Assembly (NCBI GenBank): GCA_030390025.1
Contig: CM059425.1
Location: 176,578,001 to 176,642,000 of the forward strand
Direction of reading: 5' to 3'
DNA from: Squalus acanthias
Lineage: Eukaryota
Length of the DNA stretch: 64,000 bases
In this document: positions 37,845 to 48,236 of the stretch, in pieces
Numbering within the stretch: the stretch's first letter is position 1
Layout of the letters: the number at the start of each line of letters is the position of its first letter
The notes under the pieces: generated by a model
What the model saw: the letters and a program-made list of their open reading frames with translations, nothing else
Databases searched by the model: none
What the model was told of the DNA's origin: nothing
Made by a program: the position numbers and the translations under genes

Positions 37845-40800
37845 CTGAGGTGTGATTGTGGCGGGAGAGATGGTTGGCGCGTCCCGGTCCCGCTCCCGGC
37901 TCCAGCTCGCTCTCTCCAAGTGATTTTACGTAGATTGGGCTTGTTGAGTCCGTCCTGCGTGTTTCCCGGCCAATTAAAAGGAACCGGTCTGATGACGTCA
38001 TTTGATGACGCGTCATCAGCCAGTTTCCTTAAAGGGGCCATGTTCACATTCATTTTGACGGTTCTGCAGCATTGAGGTGCTGCAAACACTGACAAGCACT
38101 GCACAAAGCTGGACGGTTGCACCCAGGCTCTTGCATGACTCCCTCCATATGCGTATGAAGGGAGTCACAGCACGCAGGGAGGTTCTCTTCCCTCCTCATG
38201 GGCGAAAGAGACCTCCCCAGGAGACCAACACAGCCTGGTTGCACATTGCACAGGGCAAAAACAGGGATGTCATCAGGAGGAGCAGGCTGCAGTGCCTTTC
38301 AATGATCTGAGCAGATCACGAAACGTTACTGCCAAGCTAAACTCAACCTCATCCTGCTGTGCCACTCATCACATCCACATCACTCTGTCTTCCCTAACAT
38401 ACTCCTGCACATCTTTACTCACACCAACTTACCTTGCACCTCCACCTATCCCTCTCTATCTACATTATCACTTCCTCATCTCACTAGCCACCCCTCACAC
38501 TCACCCTCATCCATTGTTTTTTATTCATTTATGGGATGTGGGCATCGCTGGCAAGGCCAGCATTTATTGCCCATCCCTAATTGCCCTTGAGAAGGTGGTG
38601 GTGAGCCGCCTTCTTGAACCACTGCAGTCCGTGTGGTGAAGGTACTCCCACAGTGCTGTTAGGTAGAGAGTTCCAGGATTTTGACCCAGCGACGATGAAG
38701 GATCGGCGATATACTTCTAAGTCAGGATGGTGTGTGACTTGGGGGGGAACTTGGAGGTGGTGGTGTTCCCATGCGCCTGCTGCCCCTTGTCCTTCTAGGT
38801 GGAAGAAGTTGCGGGTTTGGGAGGTGCTGCCGAAGAAGCCTTGGCGAGTTGCTGCAGTGCATCTTGTAGATGGTACACATTGCAGCCATGGTACGCCAGT
38901 GGTGGAGGGAGTGAATGTTTAAGGTGGTGGATGGGGTGCCAATCAAGCGGGCTGCTTTGTCCTGGATGGTGTCGAGTTTCTTGAGTGTTGTTGGAGCTGC
39001 TCTCATCCAGGTAAGTGGAAATTATTCCATCACACTCCTCACTTGTGCCTTGTAGATGGTGGAAAGGCTTTGCGGAGTCAGGAGGTGAGACACTCACCAC
39101 AGAATACCTAGCCTCTGACCCGCTCTTGTTGCCACAGTATTTATGTGGTTGGTCCAGTTAGGTTTCTGGTCAATGGTGACCCCCAGGATGTTGATGGTGG
39201 GGGATTCGGCGATGGTAATGCCATTGATTGTCAAGGGGCGGTGGTTAGACTCTCACTTGTTGGAGATAGTCATTGCCTGGCACTTCTGTGGCGCGAATGT
39301 TACCTGCCACTTATCAGCCCAAGCCTGATCGTCGTCCAGGTCTTGTTGCATGCGGGCATGGACTGCTTCATTATCTGAGGAGTTGTGAATGGCGCTGAAC
39401 ACTGGGCAGTCATCAGCAAACATCCCCATTTCCGACCTTATGATGGAGGGAAGGTCATTGATGAAGCAGCTGAAGATGGTTGGGCCTAGGACACTGCCCT
39501 GAGGAACTCCTGCAGCGATGTCCTGGGGCTGTGATGATTGACCTTCAACCACCACAACCATCTTCCTTTGTGCTAGGTATGACTCCAGCCAGTGGAGAGT
39601 TTTCCCCCCAATTCCCATTGACTTCAGTTTTACTAGGGCTCCTTGATGCCACACTCAATCAAATGTTGCCTTGATGTCAAGGGCAGTCACCCTCACCTCA
39701 CCTCTGGAATTCAGCTCCTTTGTCCATGCTTGGACCAAGGCTGTAATGAGGTCGGGAGCCGAGTGGTCTTGGCGAAACCCAAACTGGGCATGAATGAGCA
39801 GGTTATTAGTGAGTAAGTACCGCTTGATAGCACTGTCAATGACACCTTCCATCACTTTGCTGATGATTGAGAGTAGACTAATGGGGCGGTAATTGGCCGG
39901 ATTGGATTTGTCCTGCTTTTTGTGGACAGGACATACGTGGGCAGTTTTCCACATTGTCGGATAGATGCCAGTGTTGTAGCTGTACTGGAACAGCTTGGCT
40001 AGCAGTGCGGCTAGTTTTGGAGCACAAGTCTTCAGCACGATAGCCGGTATGTTGTCGGGGCCCATAGCCTTTGCTGCGCTCAGCCGTTTCTTGATATCAC
40101 GTGGAGTGAATCGAATTGGTTGAAGACTGGCTTCTGTGATGATGGGGACCTCAGGAGTAGGCCTATTGCAAGCATACCAACTAACAACACACAAGGTTCG
40201 ACACTTGGATGGTATAGCCAATGTTCATGTGAAGTTTCTGTTAATGTGTTGTCAAACATTGAAATCTATATTTTCAACACTTTACCTTATTGAACAGATC
40301 TGTGCTCACCTTTAGAAGTGTCTTAGTGAGTTCCAGTGAATGTTGAGACATAACTCTCTCTCCCCCCCCCCACCCCCTACAATTGTGATGAGTGTGAAAG
40401 GAAAGGCTTGGACATTATAAGGATGCTTTATGGTGCTGGTGTGGGGTGGTGTCAACCTGGCGCATCGTGTGGCAGCCAGGGTGTACAGCATCAAGTGAAG
40501 TAAATCTGGCCATGGTGATGCCATCGCTGGCCTCCCGGGCAGCAATGTTGTCGGGTGCTGATGCCCTGTGTCCTGTGCAGCATCAGGTGATTGCGGAGAA
40601 GGTTGATGTTGTTGTTGGTGATGTTGTTGGTGATGTTGTTGTGCCTGGTAATGGTGGTGTTAGGGCTGATCATGGAGGGATTCAGAGGGCCAAGGTGAGA
40701 TTTTTTCCAAGGGCACCGATGTTGCTGGAATAGATGGCAGCTGAAGTTGAGATGACAGAAGCGATCTTTCAATGGTGAGAGAGCTTGCTCCAAGGAGGTG

Positions 40801-41228
40801 ACAGTGGATATAGAGTTTACTCCAAAAACTTCCAAACTGCATACAGCTCAAAAGTGTCTTCCAAGTCCTGAAGGCTCAAGCTTCTGACATTGGAAAGTGA
40901 CCAGCTGTGAAATGGTAGCTTTCATACCACTTTTGCAGCTGTCACCTATTCACAGCAATGGGGAGACATAGAGAACCCGACCTACTTACCTGACGTGATC
41001 TCCAAACGATGTGAACCCCGTTAAAAAAGTGGGAAAATAGAAATAGGCTGGCAAAATAGTAGTTAACAAGCATTTAATTATCTGAAATGCTTCCCCCGCC
41101 GCTTGGTGTCAGGTCTGTTCTGTAATCGTAGGCCCGACACTTTGGAAACTTACATGGAGGCGGGTTCGGAGCGGGCTCCCAACCCACTGTCAATCATTCC
41201 GCCCTCTGAGTGCCAGCAAAATCTCAAA
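37845..41228. mobile_element. Q/H-rich non-autonomous Harbinger derivative (inverted relative to 26150-27935), split by a LINE
   Basis: Myb remnant on the plus strand at about 38080-38320. Sequence resumes at about 40160, colinear with the reverse complement of 27230-26150. Confidence 0.82.
38514..40156 (-). mobile_element. 5'-truncated LINE of a distinct CR1-group family
   Basis: GPDNIP, NYRPISLLSIISKVME, QFGFR, LDIKATFD, GVPQGSVLGP and FADD. 3' end CCCACATCCCATAAATGAATAAAAAA. Confidence 0.9.
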
Positions 41229-41349
41229 CTGAGAAAGGGCCAAATGTGCTTTGTGAACATTACTTGCACTTTGTTAAAAATATTGTACAAGAAGTTATTT
41301 TGAGTTCCCTGCTAGGCATGTTTTTCCTTCACATACGACGACTCCAAAC

Positions 41350-41825
41350 ATCCTGGAGAGCTCAGTGGTAAAGGCACTACATGGTGCGGTATTGAACCTT
41401 ACAGGCCAGTAAATTCCAAGCTTCAAACGCTGAGTTATTTGATTTCAGCAAGCAAGGTGGGTGCAGGTGTCGAATCAGCATCCCCAAGTTAGCGGGAGGA
41501 AAGTTTAGCCAGGGTTCCCTGGAAGGTTTGGGCATCAAACAGAACATCAAATGAGGACAGATGTCCAGTTTTTATACTGTGCAAGACTCATGCTCGTGCC
41601 ACTGGCTCTCAACCTATGGGTCACTTGCAGCCATTGGCTACCCCAAAATAAACTGGACAGATACGCTATGACTGCCAACATTAGTATGTTACTTAGCTCA
41701 TTGTAAAAGCTGCATTAGACTCACACAATTGAGAATAGCCACTTGGATGAGTTAGCAGAGGGCTGTCAGAGCCTGTGGATTCATATTCTAGCATGAATCA
41801 GCATTTGCAGGACTAGGGGGGAGAA
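41350..41825 (+). mobile_element. Old tRNA-derived SINE-like repeat (second copy about 54760-55050, minus strand)
   Basis: A-box-like AGCTCAGTGGTAAAG head. Weak similarity of the 3' part to the reverse complement of 54820-54875. Confidence 0.4.
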
Positions 41826-43277
41826 AATTGAAAAAGAAGAAAATAATAAAGATGAACCTTTCCCAATTCTGTGTGCAGAGATAGCGCATCAAATTTTTAA
41901 AAATTGCTTAAAATGAAATTTAACACCTGTAATCTCTGAAGACAAACCAGTGCACAAAGTGTGAAGTGACTACTAGTGAAGATGATTTGTGTTGTGCCTT
42001 CATAAATAAATATATGGGTCCCTGACTGAGAAAAGGTCATGGCTGCAATTACACATGCTGAAGTAAAGGCTCAATATGTCATGCCTAATTGAATACGTTT
42101 TAATGCTCCATCATGAATATTTTATAGTAAGTCTTAAGAAAGTTTGATGTATAACACATGAGGAATGTCAGCCCCCTTTTGAAAGCCAGCAAGCTTTAAT
42201 AAACAAGTTAGACTTATCATCTGATCTCTGTAATTTAACCGCACTGGGTTAATTGCAGTGCTTGCTACTGTAATAGCAACACAAGGGGCTGTAACCGCAA
42301 AGGAAACAGAGCCTTTAGGAAAGGTAGCACTAGAGATTGCAGGAACAGAAAAATATGGATTGTAGTCACTACAGTAAAAAATAAAATGTTAATGAATTTA
42401 AATGGTTTATTAGCTTCCAGCCAGCTAGCACAAGTCTCATTTGTTCAGCTCGTAACAGGCTTTAAGTTGGGCAGGAAAGATTAATTGCTGTTTGGCTCAA
42501 TTACAAATGAAACAGTTAATTAAATAATTTTTACAATTGTAAGCAATTTTAACACTTTGCATTGAACCGGAATTAGATGAGTTTGTAGTTTGCCCAGAAT
42601 AGAGAAGAGTTTCAGTTAAAAGCTAAATCAAGACATAAATCTTAGTACATAATATAACTAATGTTGCAGCTTTATTGATGACTGCGTTGAAATTCAGGCT
42701 CATAAAATATATGTTACATACTTAGATTGAGTAAGCATTAAATTGTTAATAACTCTTAATTAGATTTATTGTATTATAAAATATAAATTCTATTCTATTA
42801 GTTACCACAGGAAAAACAACTTTGCTATTCTCCTCTTTATTTTCCCTATGTGGTCAATAATTGGATGCTACATTAATCGGTTGAAAGGATCTTGTGTGAG
42901 ACTTTTGCATGACCATCTCCAACTTTTCTTTAAAATATGATTCAAAGCTCTGTTGATTATACAGCACTTATATCACAGAACTGCCTTGCTGCCAACTCTG
43001 CCCCGTTTATATTGCAGGGCATATTTGACAACCTGTAACTGCACATTTATTGCATAATCACTTTGCAAGTCTGGCCAGGACCTTCCTCAATGCCGGGAGA
43101 ATGTCTGTACAGTTCAGCAATTGGTGAAAGTGCATTGCTAGCTTGTACACCTGACCTGGGTGGTCAGCGCAACTGCAGCCTGACCCAAGGAAGCAGACCT
43201 AACATAGGCACCAACAGTGACAAAAGCACTCTGGGAAATTGCCTCCCAAGGGGTGTTTTGGTGCCCCAAGAGTTTTT

Positions 43278-43947
43278 GGGGGAAAAATTGAGTCGCGCCC
43301 AATTTGGGGCGCTAACTTCGCCTTAGGCTACTAGAAGCGCCCCGCCTCCCTCTTGGGGCGCTGCGAGGGAATATCACGGCGCTACGTGGCGCTGTGGCAC
43401 GTCGCGCCGCTGTACTGCAGGCCTTCCTCCCCTTCTTAAAGGGGAGGGGCCTTGCGCAGCGCGACCTGGGACCCAGCTGGGCCACCAGGGATCGGAGTGC
43501 CGGCAAAAGAGCCCAGCACTCAAGAGAAGTGCCGGGCTCACGGAGCGCAGCCGGCACTCCGCGGGGGGGCTGCAGAGGAGGCCGGGGACGGCAACGGAGG
43601 CAGGTGCTGGCAGGCGGCCGGCAACAAAAATGGCCGCCCTGCACCTCGTCTTTAATTAGCGCCGCCCCAGTCGCATGTAGGCCCCCCTGACGCTGTTGGA
43701 CATAGCGTCCGGCGGTAAGTCAGGGGCACTACTGAAGATCGCGGCCGGGGCGCGAGTGGGGTGCTGCACACGGTGACGACATCATCGCCGGTGGCGCAGC
43801 GCCGCGGGGCGCTAACGGTTACCGCCAACGCTAACCTCCCGCTGAATTTCGTGGGCGGCGTTGGTGGCGCCGCGCCCGGGCGCTAGTTGCTTTGCGGCCC
43901 GTTAGAGGGCGCTAACGGGAGGTGCAAAGCAACCAAATTCTTCCCCC
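43278..43947. mobile_element. GC-rich Harbinger MITE (670 bp)
   Basis: TIR GGGGGAAAAATT / AATTCTTCCCCC with TTT TSD. Right arm matches the 35300 and 56174 left arms. Confidence 0.92.
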
Positions 43948-44951
43948 TTTGCCTCACTTTCTTTACTTCCCTCTTGCATGACTTTAGAATGGGGGAGATC
44001 TCGCCTGAAGAGCCTTCCTGATTTTTTTTGAGGAAGTGACATCCAACTGAATATTGGAAACCCATAAAATATGGACTGATATCAGGAAATTCTTCTTCTT
44101 ACAAAGTTGATAGAAACCTTAATAGATATTTTAATAACAGACTAATCCTGATCCCCTCTAACACAGGATCCAGCACTAGTTCTGCTGTTTTCACAATGTA
44201 TGTATTTACTACACTGTAAATCATGTAACAAAATTGAAACTCAGTAACAAATAACATTACTTATAAAGTTACCATTCATGTGCCCTATTGATTACATCCA
44301 GATTTCCTTCTGGTGTTTAGTTCCATCCTTTGGCTGGTAGAATAAAAACGTCATCGAATTGAAACAAATCACCTTGGGATATACTGAACTTCAGAATTGG
44401 TCTGCACTTAATTGAGCACATCTCTAAATCTTGAAGGCCTCTGGGATCGAGCTTTACATGAGCCATCAAAAATATTAAGTTTCTAAATTGTACAGAGAAT
44501 GCAGTTTCATAATTGATGGTTCCAGCAATATTTTTTGAATAGATATAAACTAACAAGTTACTGTTTGGTTTTTCATAGAATGCAAGAAATGAAAAAGATA
44601 ATCTCCGATGACTGACGTTTATTAAGTTCCACAACATACAATGCAGTACTTAGGTAAAGATTTAATTCTTGCTACAAAATTATGGTTTTTTAATGATTCA
44701 AAAAAAAATCAGTTTTTAATCGAGCATCCACTGAAGTTAATGTAATATTAAAGAGTGAAGCTATCCAGTAGTATTTTGCTTTTGTTAAAGAGTGAAGAAT
44801 TGAGTTTGGCACCTTAAAGTCCCAATGGCATCCTGGGCTCTGCAGAGTTGTGTCGAAGGATGGAAGCACTGCTATCTCTGGAGGTATCGGGAATCACCCA
44901 GTGCACTGGTTTCTGAGGCTCCTCTAGACCCGTAGCACCCCAAGATGTAAT

Positions 44952-45689
44952 GGGCCAGAATTTGCTGAATCGGCGAACGAATGGCGGGTCTGTGGGCAAA
45001 TGCAAGTCTTTCCATGGGGTTTTGCATGGCAAGTTGCTGCCAGTGGGACGGTGAAACTGCACGGCACCCTCTACAGGGCGTCTGGGACCCCTGTGAACAG
45101 GGCAAGCAACTGTGTCTCTCCTTAATCAATCAGATAGAAGGATTGATAAATGAGCAGCGCAGAGTCTAAACCAGGAAGTGTCAGTTAGAATACTTCATTC
45201 AATGTCAAATCAGGTACAGTGAACAAAATAAGGGGAGGGAAAGAAAGATTGGATTAAGAGAGATAAAAGAGACAGGAAGAAAAAGTTTAAAAATTTTTTT
45301 TAAATCTAATTACAACAATAATTAAAAGCTGAAGGAATGAGACTCCACACTTGTAAAAGTTAATTTTCAGTGCCAGAGAGGTTGTTTGGCAGTAATTAAA
45401 ACTTACCACACCATTAAAAGGGGACTTAGACTGAAATGGACGAGGTTAGTCTGTATCTACGACATCAGTATAGGAACTTCACGCCGTTCAATACATTTGA
45501 ATCGGGAGCCAGACGGTGAAATGGCGTTTTCGTGCAGTTTACGGAGGAGCAGCACATCTTGAACACCAACTTCTGGGTTTTTGTGTTTAACTGTGAGTCT
45601 CCATTCGCCAGAAGATGCGGTCCGATTTACGCATAAATAACAGTGAGCGCCGTTAGCCTCACTGTTATTTTTACAGCAAAATCTGGGCC
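44952..45689. mobile_element. MITE with 3-bp TSD (Harbinger-type)
   Basis: TIR GGGCCAGAATTTGCTG / CAGCAAAATCTGGGCC with AAT TSD. Confidence 0.88.
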
Positions 45690-46849
45690 AATGTCTCGTT
45701 GCAGTTGGAGGTAGAGGCTGCTATGCTCTCTTGTCACCAATGGACTAAACACTATGCAAGCCGACGATGCAGTCTTCCAGTTTTTACTCAGCCACCGGGG
45801 AAGTGAAAAGTGACCATAAACATAGTTAGACATCTCTTGTGTATGCATGGCTGTTCTGCTGCTTTGGAATCTGCACGAGATTATATAAACAGAAAACACA
45901 GAGTGGCTTAGAGTGACCCTTCCTCAGTTGCACCATTTTAAGAAGTGGTTCTATCATATAAATGCATTACAAGCATTCTGAGGGCTTACATTGATTTTCA
46001 TTCAACTAATATTTCAATTCATTTTCTCGCCAGTGACTAGGTTTGTTGGCACTCGACCTACGGTTGCCAACTTTGGTTGGAGGCAATTCTTGAGGTTTGA
46101 TCACGTGACATCTGCAAATGCTATTATATTTACTTTATAAAGGTTGGGTCCCTTGTAGTTGAGTATCTTTGCTCATGGCTTGGTGCCAGCAGTTGTTGTC
46201 CTAGAAGTTCCAAGAACCAGGAGACCGCCCGTGAGCAGGTGAAGAAGGGAAACTAAAGGTGGGGGAAGGATTCACAGGGGTGAAGCCAGAGGTGGGAGGA
46301 ACTTTGATTCCTCCAGTAACTAATAGTAACTCACTGAAATTACACTGATAACTAATAGTAATATTGGTAACACCCTCATAACCAACAGTAATAACTCACT
46401 GATAGTCCATATGTAATTGATAGTTATAGGTGTAATGCCCCAATATCTTACTTGTAACTAGTAGTAATCCTATAACTCACTGATATTCATCCTGTAACTA
46501 CAGCCAGATATTCCCTGCACGGCACAAGGTGAAGTCAAACTCCCCAGTCAATGCCACTTTTAACAGGCCTGATCTCTCTTCCCATCTCCTTAGACTCTGG
46601 TTTGGACTCAGGTTTTGTGTGAAGATGACAACTTTGAACTGGGATCCTGTCAGAGCCGATCTGTACTTGGACTTCACACGTCAAAACCTGCCAGCACACC
46701 TCAACCAAACCGAGAGATCGCACAAAGGGAAGCGGGCACAGTGCTTGGGGCACTTCTCAGAGGGCACATCATCCTAAACTCAGCTCAGCGCAAACATTTC
46801 TAAACCACTCTCTGGGCCCAGACTCAGTTAAAAAAAAAGAGATTTTCAT

Positions 46850-47420
46850 GGAATGATAGCAATTACAGCACAGGAGACGACCATTTGTCCCCTGGTGCCG
46901 GTGCTGGTGCTGACCCTCTCTCCTGTAACCCCATTCCCCCCAGATTCCTTTATATATATCCTTTCCAAATGCTTATTCCAGTCCATTTTAAATTATTTTC
47001 TGGTCTCTTGTGATGAAGCACCTCATGGTCTAATAGCAAAAAACTTTCTCTTTCTCCCTCCCACTTGGTCCTTCCCAAGAGAATCCTCAGTCTCCAACCT
47101 CTTGTTCCCCATTCATCCACCAGTGGAAACAATCTTTCACTGTTTACCCACATTAAAGTCCCCAGGTTTCACTCACCCCTTTACTGGCAGCTCCTCTCAT
47201 GGCACTGCTTCCACTCACCACTTTGGTGCTGCTGTACCCGGTTCTGTAGGAAATGCTGGGCCCCACACGCCCAGCCCATTGGGCCCATCTGGTCTAAGCT
47301 GGTGTTTATTCTCCACACAAGCCTCCTCTCACTCTAAATACCTCCGCCCATCCTGTTCTCCATTATCCCTTTATTCCCTTCGCCCTCATGTAGGCCTCAA
47401 ACCTCCCCTTAAATGTGAAT
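46850..47420 (-). mobile_element. Decayed CR1 3' fragments
   Basis: ERLFPLVDEWGTRG remnant and two CR1-like 3' UTR pieces. Confidence 0.6.
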
Positions 47421-47921
47421 AGAATTTCATAGAAAAGCGTTGCCGATAACTCTCTGCATACTTGCGGGTTGAAGCTTTACTCTTCCCAGCTGAAAGAAGC
47501 ACAGTGGCAGCTAATGGAGCAAATACAATATAAAAATATCTTGAAGGAAATTATTAAAGCCTTTGCACACTGCTTCAAGGAGGTAGACTTGCTTCTTGGA
47601 TTTATTACACACTGGCTTCATGTCTGAGTGATGTATTGAGTAAACGCAAGAGGGAAGGACAGAACACCAGAAGCAGTTATCCCCAACCAATCCTGATGCA
47701 TCTGCTGGTGGCCAACTTCAAAATATCACACCCTCACCTCTTGACCAGGAAGATGTGTGACATGGGGAGACAAAATAAAGGGAAGGAAAGGATTAACTTT
47801 AAAAAGGAGCTAAAAGATTCATATGTGGATAAATGAAAAATGAACAGTTGAAATCAGCTATAACAACAGAAAACGCTGGAAAAACTCAGCAGGCCAGGCA
47901 GCATCCGTGGAGAGAGAAGAG

Positions 47922-47958
47922 AGTTGACGTTTCAGGTCGATGACCTTTCATCAGAACT
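47922..47958 (-). ncRNA. Minimal type I hammerhead ribozyme (PLE copy 1)
   Basis: AGUU-CUGAUGA-A-AGGUC(AUC)GACCU-GAAA-CG-UC-AACU. Confidence 0.85.
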
Positions 47959-48236
47959 GGGAAGAGCCGGAAATCAAATAGATTTAAGGCCAGGGTAAAG
48001 CTGGGAAAAGGGGGAGGGGATAAAGGAACAAAGGAGGAGATGAAGAGACATTAAGAGACATTAAGAGATATGCAAGGCTAGAGGTGGTGTTAATGTGACA
48101 GATTAAGGCTGAATGAAGTGGGAAATCCACTGGCAGAATGAAGGACAGCTGCCAGCTTCAAGGAGGAAAAAAAAAGGTGGGGGGGGACAAATAAAAGGGT
48201 GGATAAAATAAAATATAAATGTGATTGGAGCTGAGG

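Noticed and set aside
43312..43690. GC-rich overlapping ORFs suggesting a CpG-island first exon
   Set aside because: Entirely within a TIR- and TSD-bounded MITE.
46310..46500. Degenerate TAATAGTAACTCACTGA-like repeats
   Set aside because: Irregular decayed minisatellite with no further structure.
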